Assembly (NCBI GenBank): GCA_038087875.1 | Contig: CM075977.1 | Location: 360,158,001 to 360,222,000 of the forward strand | DNA from: Malacoraja senta | Taxonomy: Eukaryota | Reading direction: 5' to 3' | DNA: 64,000 nt | Shown here: positions 48,617-61,595 of the stretch, in pieces | Position numbering within the stretch: the stretch's first letter is position 1 | How the letters are laid out: the number at the start of each line of letters is the position of its first letter | Position numbers and translations under genes: made by a program | Notes under the pieces: generated by a model | What the model saw: the letters and a program-made list of their open reading frames with translations, nothing else | Told to the model about the DNA's origin: nothing | The model's database searches: none

Positions 48617-49187
48617 AATCAATCCTATTCTTGAGTAAATATGATTACAGGACTGAACTTAAAGACTTACTTTTACTCGTGATATTACATTCAGAGCTTT
48701 CATTTAAATTGCTGCCATTTTCATTTGTAATTGAAGCAGATTGAATGCATCAGTATTCAAAAATAGACACTGCCTTGGCCTCTACGGTCGATTGGCTTTG
48801 ATGTTCAATAGCTTGCAAGAATACCAGTTTAGATTTTAAATGTGCATACCGGTTAAATTTAGATTTTTGTTTACCACAATTATATGTCAGTCTTAAAATA
48901 GACCAATAGATTAGACTATAGACAATAGATTGTGTGGTAAGCCGTTATTAAGTTATTTACTTAAGGCAAATAGGTTGATTGAGCAGCACGAATGGGATGA
49001 TTTATCTCCCTGTGCCATGAGATACAATTGCTTATAGCCTGTGGAGAAATAATGCATCATTAGATGACAAATCTTTCCTTCATTTCTCATATTTGACTAA
49101 ACAATGCCTGTGTTCACACAGGCATTTTCAATTTTTGGTTCCAAAAGCACTTGCTTTTGAAATCCTGCATTTTCTGTTTCTGTTTAG

Positions 49188-49354
49188 ATTCCTGCATCGG
49201 CTGTTGAAATGCCAGGATCTACTGAAATTTCTGGATTGAATGTTCAGTTTGGAGCCTTGGAATTTGGATCAGAACCATCTCTGACAGAGTTTCAAACGGG
49301 AAGCACAGAGGCCATCAGTCAAACACAAAGCCATTTGTTCTCGAATTCTGCAAC
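49188..49354 (+). CDS. UBAP2: UBAP2 coding exon with the DUF3697 motif (IPASAVEMPGSTEISGLNVQFGALEFGSEP), phase 0-2
   Basis: Signature motif of the UBAP2/UBAP2L/Lingerer family; the LNVQFGALEFGSEP form is UBAP2-type; tag|...AC|gtaagc. Confidence 0.97.
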
Positions 49355-50040
49355 GTAAGCTCTCATCCCCTTCTTCCCCAGCTTCAACTATCACAAGGTA
49401 TCAATGTCACAGTTGCTTTCATTGAAAGCATCACTTGGATGTTTCTGTGTAAAGAAACATTAGATAAAAAGTCATCCTACAGTTACATTCTAGACACTCG
49501 GAAGTATCCTTAAATAGCACTGGCCAAGATTGGCTGCAAAAAGGCTGCCAGACGTTAGATGAGTTGAGTGAGTATTTTAGTATTGGGGCAACAACGGGAG
49601 CTTTGAGAAGGCGGCTGTTGGATTGGTTGAGTGATTTAAATTGGAAAATTGAGAAGCCAATAAAAATAAGCCAAGGTGTGTAGCCCTGATGTACCTGGGT
49701 AAAATTGGGTCGAAGGGCTCCTTTCCATGCTGTTTGACTCCATGGCTCCTGACTAAGATCAGCGAGAGGAAGGTATGCCTGGCGATGCTGCTAGTTGGGA
49801 GATTTAAATATATAGAAACTATGTATAAATATGTAGCACTGTTGGAATAAAATGTAGGGATCAAATTCTATAATTATACTGGTTATACTACATGTGTACT
49901 GAATGGGAATCCAACTACTTAATCTCTCGATCAGTTCACTTTTCAGAAATAGCTATGTTTATGGTTGTAATTGTAAATTGCTGCGTTACATTCTGCTCTA
50001 TTTATATTGATTTAATGTTGCAATTTTTATTGATATCCAG

Positions 50041-50212
50041 TGCAGTTCAAGAATCAATGAATCCATCTGTCATCACCTCTCCCAGTTCAACGGTTGCTCA
50101 GAGCACTCCAGAGGATTCAACATTGGATCAGAATTCTGCACATGGAATGCCATATCAAAACTCCTTGGATACAACTCCTCAAAAGAAAGCTTCTTTGCAG
50201 GCGAGTATTAAA
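50041..50212 (+). CDS. UBAP2: UBAP2 coding exon (AVQESMNPSVITS...PYQ...), phase 2-0; donor at 50200 (GC) or 50212 (GT)
   Basis: SAVQ...SVITS...DQ.S.H..PYQ similarity; both donors are in frame. Confidence 0.85.
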
Positions 50213-52046
50213 GTAAGCATTTAAAGTACACATTTGCGTTTATGGTCTTTTAAGGGCTGTAAAGCTCTTTGTTCTTGGGAGAAGAAAATTCACTCTGGAC
50301 AAGGTTTCAGACCACCGATCATTGCAAATGAGGGAGAAGATGGTGGAAAAATATACTAAGATTTAACTGAGGAAAGTTGGAATTAGGCTTAAGTGGAACA
50401 TGAAACTTCACCATGGACTGGTGGGGCTGAAGGGCCTGTTTCAGTTCTATATATCCTGTGAAAAATCTGACTTGCATTGTGTAGGCTTCAATCCACGATT
50501 CACAAAACAAGCTGCTGATGACAACGTTAATACAATGTGGAGGGTTCCTTGGAATGGTTTATTTAAAGGGAGAACATTTTCACAGGAGGAAGAGGATAGT
50601 GCATTATTAGATAGGAAATAGAGTTATAAAGGAATATAGTAAATGAACAGTGATAGATAATTTGGGTTCAAAACTTCCATATGGAGGAATGATGGCCCTG
50701 GAGATAATGAAAATATGAAGATGAAATAGGAAAGAAACAGGATAGAATAGTTTATTATATATCAGGTATGGAATATAGTTGAAAATCTAGCAAATTTCAG
50801 AATATGGATTTGAATTCAAATAGAGTTTAAGCATGTCAAAATATTACTGGCTAACTTAAGGGGAATCACAAAAATCTTTGTAAACTTAGTGTGGTGGGAA
50901 GGGGAATGTGAAAATAGGGATGACAGACTGATTAGAGATAGTCTCTCCGGTATCAGACTGAGGGACTTGCATCTTCACAATTAACATTGCCATGAAGGTG
51001 GAAAGGAACATGTGGCATGCAAACAAAATTGCAAAGCCAGCCTATTCAGCAACTTATTTCAAGGTTAACAAGTAATTTGATCAAAACGAGAAGCATACAA
51101 TGTTATTGAAAGAAGTTGTACTGTATACTGCATCCTAGGTCAGTTACTTTAGATGCAGTTTCAGCCAGCCGACTGATCACAGGATTCCTAATGGCATATA
51201 AGCCTGGAGAGTTCATTCGGTTGACAAAGTCTGAATTTGTGTAAACAGGCCAGTGATTTAAATTGGTAATGCTGGTTGGAAACCAACAAAGCAGAAAGGA
51301 TGGTATATGAAACTTGATAATGTTGCATGCAGCAAAGATGTTTTTTAATAATTTTGAATGTGGCAGTGATGGTTTGTGAAAGACAACTTGTTTTCACTAA
51401 ATGATTCCCATTTTAATTACTTATGTAGAATACTTGAGGCGGCATTTATTACCCTCTTTGAGATTTTGAAACCTAGAATTTGCCTATTAAGAACAAAATT
51501 TACACTTTGCAACTTTACTGCAGTTTGCATCCGTACAAGATTACATAATTGATTTTTGCTTGATCACCTATGTATCTGTATTTAAGTACAACAGCCTGGT
51601 TCCATACCAAGTATAATGGATGCCAAATAAGTAGCACTTAAATAGTTCTTAATCCTGGGCACTTTGTGATGCAAGATGAGAAAACACTTCATTCTTCTCT
51701 GTAACCTTAAATTTGCTCCACTTAAACAAAAAATGTAGTTACAAACTAGATGATGGTGTGAAAGGTGAGGATATTAGAAAAGGCCGATAGGCCAGTGAGC
51801 CTGTGGCATCTGCATGTCAAAGGTGTGATCAAATGGGGTAATTGATAGTACAAAACAAAAGAGGGTGGTAGTGGGACAGGTAAGAAATTAATTCTGCCCA
51901 ACCTGAGTGTATTCTACCTTCTGTTTTAATTTCAGAGTGCCATCATCTGCAGTACTTTGCTTTTGTTTTAGATGAACAGCAGATAGTTTGTTCCATGACT
52001 AAGAGATCCTTAATTGCAGTCAGACATTTCTATCTTGCATTTACAG

Positions 52047-52086
52047 AACAGCTACAATGGTCTTGGGGCACAACAGGCACTAGAAG
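52047..52086 (+). CDS. UBAP2: UBAP2 40-nt coding exon (NSYNGLGAQQALE), phase 0-1
   Basis: cag|...G|gtgagt; corresponds to mammalian NGHGGGRSQQTLD. Confidence 0.88.
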
Positions 52087-53879
52087 GTGAGTCGTCAAAA
52101 AGTCAACATTACCAGTGTATGTTTGTCATTTGACTAGAAAGTTAAAAAAAATATTTAATTTATGCAGTGACTATAGACTCATAAATCAGAGTTGGGTAGC
52201 TATCTTATTTAAGGCAATCCAGAGCCAAGATTTAAAGTTCAAATTTTTCCTAATGCATTTTTTTGTGTAAGATTATTTCACCATCTTGATTCTGCTACTT
52301 TTTTTGAGTAAATTGAGATACAGTTCCAAACTACAAGGATGATGATCATTTTAACCTATTGTAACAATATTCTGTATAAGTGTACACTGATAACTATATT
52401 TTGTAAGTAATATGTTGGCAACAACACAGCTAAATAATACTGTCTTTCCTCTTAATCTTTGAGACCATTTCAAATTAATTTCCTGTGTCTTTGGCTCAGA
52501 ATTTGCGAAGGAAAGTAATCACAGGCTTTCAGCGCTAGTTGTCATTCCGGAGGAAGCCTGACAGCAACTTGCGGAGTATGTTTGAGCGTAATCAAGTGCA
52601 GAAATTCTGAATTTGCTACCAGTAATTCACCAAAGCAGTTTCACTTTATGAAATATTCATTGCCTAAAAATACTCAATAAATTTCACTTGTTTAATTTTA
52701 ATGGTGTACCAAGTTATAATTCGTGCTAAATTCTTTCTGGTCCTGTGTTTTATTCCAATTTTTCAAAAATAATTATTTCAAAATTGTAAAGATTGTAACT
52801 TTTAACAGTTCAATTTCCTGGCATTTTCCATAAGCTGCATGTCTGCCCCACTCATTATTTTGGCACTTTGCAAAATGCTTAAACTTTTGTGAAACATTGC
52901 TTAATTCTTCTTTTAATTTAATTGTCACACTGAATTCTGAGCCTTGTTCAACATGTTTTTTTTAATACTGGTATATTGATGATCATATTTCATTTTTGAA
53001 TTGCAATTGAATTTCACCCTTGCAGCCATATTTAATGTCGTTTTTGTGGTAGATTGCACAACAGAAAATAATGTTAACACTTCCATTGGTTAATCAGGTA
53101 TTGACCCTAACCTTATTTTGTATCTATTTGCCTGTTAAATTAGACAATTGTGATCTTTCATGAAACTATTGAGCGAGGCTAAATTGGAATATAAAATCGT
53201 AATTTGCTGCTAATTTTTTTAAAAACCTAATAATACATTTCTGCGGCAATTATTCTGCCATACATTTTATGGTATGCCCTTTCAATGTTTTCAATATTTA
53301 AGTTTTTAGATAGGCATTGAACATTTAGAGACTCTTCCACTTGCAAGTGCATCTACCTTGGAACATAATAATTCTGGAGATAAAACTGCAACAGCTGTTG
53401 ATAGACACCATGATTGTAGCATTTTGGCACTCACAATCTAGATCCTGCATGTGTCTGCATCTGTAAATATTGCCAGCAATGTGACATACCTCTATTAAAA
53501 ACACACCAGATGAAGCATAGTAAAGTTCTTTGGGACATACACTCCTCACCACGTGCATCCCTTTGCAAATTTGTTGAATACACTTGGATATAATGTCAAT
53601 ATACATGTCGCAGGGCTACCTTTTATTATCACACCATTATGTATTTATCACATTAGAACAATGGTTCTTTATCAAGTCTCTGACGCGATTTGGCATGGGA
53701 TCGATCAAATTCTGGCCGTTTCCGAGGATTTATTTTCATCTCGATACCACAAGTGAATTATGGCCAATGACTCATGGTACACTCCATTCAGCCATGATAA
53801 TTAATCACAAATACTCAATCGTATTTAGGTCAGGCAAGTTACCAGCCTAGTCCATGACACATATCGGTAATAAGGAAGT

Positions 53880-56240
53880 ATTTTGAGAGGGCTGGAATAC
53901 AAAATCGGATGTAATGCTGAGGCTTTACAAGGCACAGGACAGACTGCATTTGGAGTATTATGAGCACTTTTGGGCCTCATATCTGAGGAAGGATGTGCTG
54001 TCGTTGGAGAGGGTCCAGAGGAGGTTTACGAGAATGATCCCAGGTATGATTGGGTTAATATACGAGCGGTTGAAGGCACTGGGCCTGAACTCGCTGGAGT
54101 TTAGAAGGATGTTTCAATGGTTACTTTATTATCACCTGTACCAAGGTGCAGTAAAATATTTTTTTTACATACAGCTCATCAAGACTTTCACCATGCATAA
54201 AGCACCGTCCCCCGGTTTGTACAAAACAACCCACTGAGTCTATATGCAAGATTTTACTGTCCCAGCTGCCATTTTACTGTCCCAGCTGCAGCAGGCCACA
54301 AAGGACCGTCGCAGCTGTCACCTCCATTCCGGTCATCCCGCGAACCATCATCCTTCTCCTTCGATAGCTCTCTACAGTCCTTGTGCCCTGGGGAGTTGCC
54401 TTTTGGACAGTTCTCTTAGAAATGCTCTTCTCACCAGCTTAAACCCGAGGGCTAAAACGTTTCCATTTCTTTCGGCAAACTTTTTACCTTTTAATAAATC
54501 GTGTAGAATTCACTTTAGTGGAAAGCATTAGAAGAGGCACATTTTGCTCAGGTAAAGACACAAAGTGTTGAAGTACAGGGCTTGTACGGTTCTTGAAAGT
54601 CCTGGAATTTGAAACTGTTTTTGAAGGCCTTGAAAGTCCTTGGATTTATCATAGGTCCTTGATAGTCCTCGAAAAATCGCTTTTTATAATAAAAATATTG
54701 ATTCTTGCAGTAATGTGGCTTTTTTTCATCGCTTAGAATGCGTATTTTTATTATACGTCAGGAAACATTGTTAGATATGTTTGCTAACGACGTTCCCTGT
54801 AGGAGAGGGGGGAGGATCACTTGGACCCAGCAGAGTCGGACCACGTGCTGTGTGCATTGTGGAGGTTGTGGGCCTAGTGCTGCGCCTGGAACTCTGATGA
54901 GGTGACTGCTCTGGCCCGCTGGTGGCCGGTGGAGAGGCAGGGGTCGACGGAGTGGGTATGTGTGTGTGTGTGAGTGAGTGTGTAGGCCCAGGGTGAGTTG
55001 GTGCCGGGCCGGCACCTCTAAAAATACATCACCATTTTTTCTTTACTTGCTTGATAATTATATTTCATGATAATCAGTAAGTGCAACCATGCAATATTTT
55101 GTCACATTATTAAATTGTTTATATTTAAATGTTTTATTGATCTAGTTATACACTGGGATGTAGTGATAGGCTATAATCCTGTTTGACCCTCTTGGGAGAC
55201 TAGCTTGCCCACCCGACCCCAAGCAAAATCTAAAATGACGCCCCTGTTTGACAGCTCCTGAACCTAAAAGATTAGCACTGCAAAATTGGGTAGCACGGGG
55301 ATTTACACGTCAGCTTGCCGTAGGCTATTAAGTTGAGGGTTTCAATGAAATTTTGAAATCAAAAAATCAGTTCCATCCTTCCCATTAATGTGGTTGCATA
55401 AAACTTTATGATTTAGTTGGTTAACCTTGATGGCTATATGTTTTGGATTTCTTCCATTTGTTTTACTTAAGTTCTTTTTTGAGTTCATTAAATTGATAAA
55501 ACTGACAAAAAAAAATCCTATGGCCCGCAAAAATGTGCCAAATATATAATGTGACCCTCATGCGGAAAAGTTTGGAGGCCACTGTTGTAAGGTATAATTT
55601 AAAAAAATTACAGTATAAATTAAGGGTAAATTGCCCCCATTTTACCCCCGGCAGGGCGCCAAGCAATTTATATACAAGTCTCCGGTAAACCATCAATGGA
55701 CTTCAGTCCTTGAAAATGGGATTTTTGGACCTTGAAAAGTCATTGAATTTATAGCTGTTCCAAGTCAAACCCTGGAAGTAACTCAGTGAGTCGGGCAACA
55801 TTCATAGAGAACATGGACAGGTGACCTTTCAGTTTGGGACCCTTCCTCAGACTGAGGGGGGGGACATTAAAACTTACTGAATAGTGAAAGGCCTGGGTAG
55901 AGTGAATGTGGAGAGGATGTTTCCACTTGTGGGAGAGTCTAGGACCAGAGGCCATAGCCTTGGAAGAAAAGGACGTACCTTTAGAAAGGAGATGAGGAGG
56001 AATTTCTTTAGTCGGAGGGTAGTGAATCTGTGGAATTCCTTGCCACAGATGGCTGTGGAGGCCGTCATTGGATATTTTTTAAGGTGGAAATTGACAGATT
56101 ATTGATTAGTAAGGATGTCAGAGATAATGGGGAGAAGGCAGAAGAATGGGGTTGAGAGTGAAAGATAGATCAGCCATGTTGGATGGGCCTTGATGGGCCG
56201 AAAGGCCAATTCTTCTCCAAGAAATTATGAACATATGTAT
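53880..56240 (+). mobile_element. CR1 3' fragment broken by several insertions (CR1 parts 53880-54110 and 55875-56240)
   Basis: LRLYKA..RLHLEY...RFTRMIPG, then GLGRVNVERMFP...RVVNLWNSLP. Confidence 0.8.
54576..55774. mobile_element. Non-autonomous hAT-like DNA transposon with 6-bp TSD (hAT6-like)
   Basis: Ends CAGGG...CCCTG; TSD GAAGTA at 54570-54575 and 55775-55780; CCTTGAAA(A)GTC subterminal repeats at both ends; removing it restores a Penelope-derived host element. Confidence 0.8.
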
Positions 56241-57100
56241 CCCCCTTCTGGTGAAAAAAATGGTCAGCATCTTTGTGTGGCACGGTGCAAGGTCTTATCC
56301 CAGCTCCATCTGGAAAAATCTTTGTCATCTACAGCACCATTCTTCTCTGAAATACATTGACTGATATCTTGCAGCAATCACATAATTCTATCAACTGGGT
56401 GCAGCGGACCAATATGGTTTGAAACTACCCCACAATGTAATATTTTCAGAATGGTTGACAGTTACAGTTTAGTTTATTGTCACGTGTACCGAGGTACTGT
56501 GAAAAACTTTTGTTGCGTGCTATCCAGTCAGCAGAACACTGCTCAATGTGGCATTTTCTCACTGGTTCGCTTACAGGTTTGGCCTGAACCAGAAAATAAC
56601 TTGCGTCACTGAACATCTCCAGTCTTCACATGTCCGAATGTTTATATTTTAAAGCCAGCTTGAATCATTTTTTATCATCACAGCAGTTGAAAGTTGTTTT
56701 TCACATGTCTTCTAGTTATATGACCAACTTCAATGAGCACGGCACTTAAGCTTATTGAGACTCCTTCTGCCTCCAAATCTTTCTTCAGGAAATCGCTTGT
56801 CTTTCTCGGATCCTTCTTACTTTTCCGAATCAGCAAGGCCTCATCTCTTAAAATAGTTTGCCTTTTGCGGCCGCACCTGCCTGCCCTCTTGGACATCTAT
56901 TTCCGTTGGATTTCTCCATTCCCTGTGTTCTGATTTGTTCCTGTACTGCCCATAACTTTTTACTATGCAACATTGGGATGATGCAATATCCATCCACTGA
57001 GTTACTCCAGCTTTTTGTGTCTATCCATCCACTGAAGGCATTCACAGAAATCACTGGAAATGAACACCCAGAGAATGAAAAATGACCAGTAGAACTTTTT
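56241..57100 (-). mobile_element. Tc1-family transposase remnant
   Basis: GRCGRKRQT..RDE.LL.RKSKKDPRKTS..L...L...GV.IS (HTH region) and DLAPCH near 56280-56297; degenerate. Confidence 0.75.
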
Positions 57101-57604
57101 CAGTGATATAGAGTTTCAGAAAAAATTAAGAACGGTGGACTCATCATATGTAAACAAATAGCAAAATCAGTCCATGTTTCAATTATTTTGTATGTGGTGT
57201 ACTTTATGCAATCCTTATTTATGATATGCATGGAGTGGTACAATCATGAAAAGCTTCACATGTGTCTGCAGCAATTATTCTGTATGACACATCCTGATTA
57301 ATCAATCTTTTGATGACTAATATTTAAAATGTTTTGGATGCGCCTTGATATTTTCATGATCGGGCCTCATGCATTTTTTATTGAGCTGAGCACTTAATAG
57401 ATCATCCATGGCTATGGAGTATTTGTGGTATTCTGACACAATTAGCATAATTTGGTCTTGCACATATTTGAGACATGTCTTTCCGTGCTATCAAGTTTCT
57501 GGGATCTTTGCCAGGAATTATTCGACTATTACCAGCATTGGTGATGAAGTACTTTGGCCACATCGCACGCCCACGGTTGTTTACGAGATAATGTTGCTGT
57601 GTTT

Positions 57605-57903
57605 TGAGTTTGTAGTTTAGAGATACAGCGTGGAAACAGACCCTTCAGCCGACAAGTCCACTCTGATCATTGATCATCTGTTTACACTAGATCCACGTTA
57701 TCCCATTTTCTCATCCACTCCCTACACATTACGGGCAATTTTACATAGGCCAATAACCTACAAACCCACACGTCTTTGGGATGTGGGAGGAAATCATTAC
57801 AGTCATAGGGAGAACATGCAAACTCCACACAGACAGTACCTGAGGGCAGGATTGAACCCGGGTCTCTGGTACTGCGAGGCATTAGCTCTCAGCTATGCCA
57901 CTG
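57605..57903 (-). mobile_element. tRNA-derived V-SINE (HE1-like)
   Basis: A box GTGGCATAGCTG, B box GGTTCAATCC, V-domain TGTGTGGAGTTTGCATGTTCTCCC, CR1-type 3' tail. Confidence 0.85.
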
Positions 57904-58425
57904 TTTTGTATTCCCCTGCAGTGCACTGAGTTTTGACCTCATGATTTTTTTATTTGCACTGATGTTTTTGAGGTTGTATGATTACAATCAACTTGTATGG
58001 AATTGCATCAGTGGGATAAGCATCATTTTAAAACTCTCCTAATATCTTTAGGAGAGAGGGGGCGCATTGCTTAAACTTTGTATAAAGTTATTACTTTTAA
58101 GTGCTGCGGTGAATAGCTCAGTTGAATGTGAAAAGAAGCATTGTTTAAGTCAATTTCATCGTTAATGGGAATGTGTTCCACATCAGCAGACCCATCAAAA
58201 CTGAGTTTAAACTAGTAATTTGTCATATAAATTAATTTGGAAAATGTCTTTCAAATGTCTATTACTGATCAGGACTAGTTAGTCTTCAATTGATCTGTAT
58301 TATTCAAGTAACCTAAAGTTGCAAGAGTAAAATGATTCTGTTAAAGTCTTTATTCAGTAGAGTCAGTCTTTTAGCAAGTGATTTCAGTATCTATTGGTGT
58401 GATCAATATTCACTTCTGCCTACAG

Positions 58426-58495
58426 TGCCACAACATTCTTCTAACTTGAACCAGACCATTGACTTGCCCAGCAGTTCGCTGTCACAACATAGCAG
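58426..58495 (+). CDS. UBAP2: UBAP2 coding exon (VPQHSSNLNQTIDLPSSSLSQHSS), phase 1-2
   Basis: DL.SS.LSQ.SS similarity; ttctgcctacag|...AG|gtatgg; phases fit both neighbours. Confidence 0.8.
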
Positions 58496-59890
58496 GTATG
58501 GACCTGTTTCTTTCAGTCAACTCTTTGTTCTGACAAATATACAGTTTAACATTAAAAAAATGAAAGGGGATTGAGGGAAACACCTTGGGCAGAAATAGTG
58601 ATAATGAGAAACTGAATACAAGGGTGCAACTTGGAATACAAGGGAATATTAAAGCACCTATTACAAAGGAAAGCCGTTGCTTTGGGTTGATTTGGGTATC
58701 TGAATATTACGACAGTGCTATTCTGATGGGAACCTGGTATTAATTGTTGCCGTTCATTCAGTATTGAAGTGCAAAGCTTGGTCTGGGCCTGGTTGGTGAA
58801 TGTATGCCATTGCTGGGGACTGGCAGTATCTGCGTGGATTCTACAGTCTCTCATCACTGCTAGATGTGATGGAAGTGACTGTTTTCACCTTTCAGTTGAA
58901 TTTGTTGCCACAGAGAAATCTCTGGGCTCTGGGGTCAGGTGTGCAGCCAAACAAAGAGATGGGAGACAGCAGCTTCCATCAAATCCAACTGTTGATGAAG
59001 AGCATGTGCTGGACAGATGCAGGAGGTGCTGAATGATAGGTTGCTGCACCACTCACTCCAGCTCACCTAACAACAGTTATCATAGGCAGCCACTACACAG
59101 CGAACAATGGGGTGATTAATTGAAGCACCAGTTTTCCATCTCAGCCGTTTGTCGCAGCAAAGAAGGTAGGCAGTCACTATCTAGATCCTTATACACAAGG
59201 ATCCCTGGTTCTAAGTGAGATAACTGCATTTATAATTAGGATACTTGAAGGTAATTAGCAAACAATAAATCAAACTGAAATAAAAGAGGGAAATACTGGA
59301 ATAAACCAGCTCGTCCTCACAGTCCCTGTGAAAAGGGAAATGGTCAACATTTTAGGTCTGCAATTGTTCATCAGAACTTCATTTCTGATGATGGGTCACA
59401 AACCTGAACAATTCTGTCTGTTTCCTGGCCTGTTGGAAGTTTTCTGGCATTTTCTGTTTTTTATCTTGCATTTTTAGAAATGTTCAATAAATGCTGGGGA
59501 TTTTTTTAGATCCATTAATTATAATTTACCAAATTACAAATTTTAAATAGGAGTAAAATAACTTTTGGCTTGGTTGGTTCCTGCAAAAGTTGTATATCTA
59601 CTCCAAATGGAGCAATTGCTATCCTTTGTTTTGAGATGATGCCCCAGATGGTGAGATATGGTTGTGCCTACACTACCTACTTCACTTGCGGATAAAACTT
59701 GTGGTTTATCCCAAAACTTTAAAACGTTGACGTGTATATATATCTTGGTAAATCTTTTCTGCGTTCTCACCAGCTCTGGTGTTTTGATTTGGTTTGTAAA
59801 CTAGCAATGATGGCTTTTTTAATGCATCTTTAGTATTTAAGTTCTGTAATTAAGCTCATTTTGTTTTATCCTTAACTTTGTTTTATGCAG

Positions 59891-59960
59891 TTCTTTGCCA
59901 AACCACCAAACCAGCAGTCTTTCCTCTGTCTCGCCACTGACCACATGCTCATCACATGCA
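59891..59960 (+). CDS. UBAP2: UBAP2 coding exon (SLPNHQTSSLSSVSPLTTCSSHA), phase 2-0
   Basis: cag|...|gtaagt; SL..HQ..SL similarity. Confidence 0.85.
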
Positions 59961-60629
59961 GTAAGTATTCTAAATATTTTGAGTTGTGTGTGTGCATTAA
60001 TTAAAATTCCCCTTTACTGTACGTGAACTGTGGGTATAACAGGGCCTTGCTGACTTATAGTTTTTCTAGGCTTTACACTAAAAAATAAATAAAGAGCAGG
60101 AATGTACTTCCATGTCAGAGTGGTGTATAATTTATAGAATATTCAGATTTAAAAAAAGATAAAACATTCGTCTTGTTGAATATATGAGTTCAATTGGTGT
60201 GGAAGAAATGAGTTTCTAGTCATGGGCCACAATGTTGAACAAAATATGTTTTCTTTTGCGGTGGGGGGGAGTGGGGGGTCTTCACTGAAATAAGGCTGGT
60301 ACCAGTATCTTGGCAAACTGGTTAACTTAGGGCTTGAGTTGGGTAGGGTGGCTGGAATATCTTCAGTTGAGGATGAACTTAGAACATTAAAGAAAGGTTG
60401 AGGCATGGGGTGGGAAAATGGGCATTGATAACCAACATATGATAGGCAGAGAGCGTACAAACTTGAGAGTTCATCTGCAAATGGAATTTGATTTTGGGGA
60501 AACAATGGGGATAAAGGTACTTCAGCAATATGCTTGCAGCATTTATAACAAATTGGATGAATTCACGACACAAAATATATAATGGTTATGATTGCATAAG
60601 TATAATGTGGTTCAACAGCATCCACGGCT

Positions 60630-61595
60630 ATCAATGATTTGGCTGAGAACATACAGGGTAAGATTAGCAAGTTTGCAGATGATACAAAAGTTAGTGGTTT
60701 TGCAGATAGTGAAGATGATTGTGAACGATTGCAGCAGGATCTGGATTGATTAGCCAGGTGGATGGAGGAATGGTTGATGGAATTGAATACAGAGAAGTGT
60801 GAGGTGTTGCATTTTGGGATGTCGAACAAAGGCAGGACCTACACAGTAAACGGTAGTCCTCTGGGTAGTGTTGTAGAGCAGAGGGATCTAGGAGTACAAG
60901 TGCATGGTTCCATGAAGGTTGAATTGCAGGTAGATAAGGTGGTCAAAAAGGCTTTTGGCACTTTCGCCTTCATCAGTCAGAGTATTGAGTATAGAAGTTG
61001 GGAGGACATGTTGCAGTTGTATAAGTCGTTGGTGAGACCGCATTTAGAATATTGTGTTCAGTTCTGGGCACCATGTTATAGGAAAGATATTGTCAGGCTT
61101 GAAAGGGTTCAGAAAAGATTTACGAGGATGTTGCCAGGACTAGAGGGTGTGAGCTATAGGGAGAGGTTGAATAGGCTGGGTCTCTATTCCATGGAGCTTA
61201 GGAGGATGAAGGGAGATCTTATAGAGGTATACAAAATCATGAGAGGAATAGATCGGGTAGATGTACAGAGTCTTTTACTCAGAGTACGGGAATCGAGGAC
61301 CAGAGGACATAGGTTCAAGGTGAAGGGGAAAAGATTTAGTAGGAATTCGAGGGGTAACTTTTTCACACAGAGGGTGGTGGGTGTATGGAACAAGCTGCCA
61401 GAGGAGGTAGTTGAGGCTGGGACTATCCCACCGTTTAAGAAATAGTTGGACAGGTACATGGATAGGACAGGTTTGGAGGGTTATGGACCAAGCGCAGGGA
61501 AGTTGGGACTAGGGTAGATGGGACATTGTTGGCCGGTGTGGGTGAGTTGGGCCGAAGGGCATGTTTCCACACTGTATCACTCTATGACTATGACC
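60630..61595 (+). mobile_element. CR1 LINE, 5'-truncated (third subfamily)
   Basis: KFADDTK and 227-aa RT C-terminal ORF; (CTATGA)n tail; followed by older CR1 debris to ~62400. Confidence 0.93.

Noticed and set aside
52339-52390. ATGATGA...CTGA, possible C/D snoRNA
   Set aside because: No terminal stem, internal boxes or recognisable guide; expected by chance in AT-rich DNA.
57440-57480. GCACATATTTGA resembling a second SNORD121 guide
   Set aside because: Lacks the CAAG part of the guide, box C and the stem.
57860-57903. tRNA gene
   Set aside because: The A/B boxes belong to the head of a V-SINE; there is no complete cloverleaf.
19054-59960. Assignment to UBAP2L instead of UBAP2
   Set aside because: LNVQFGALEFGSEP, KR.IPP.SK and the intronic SNORD121 favour UBAP2.
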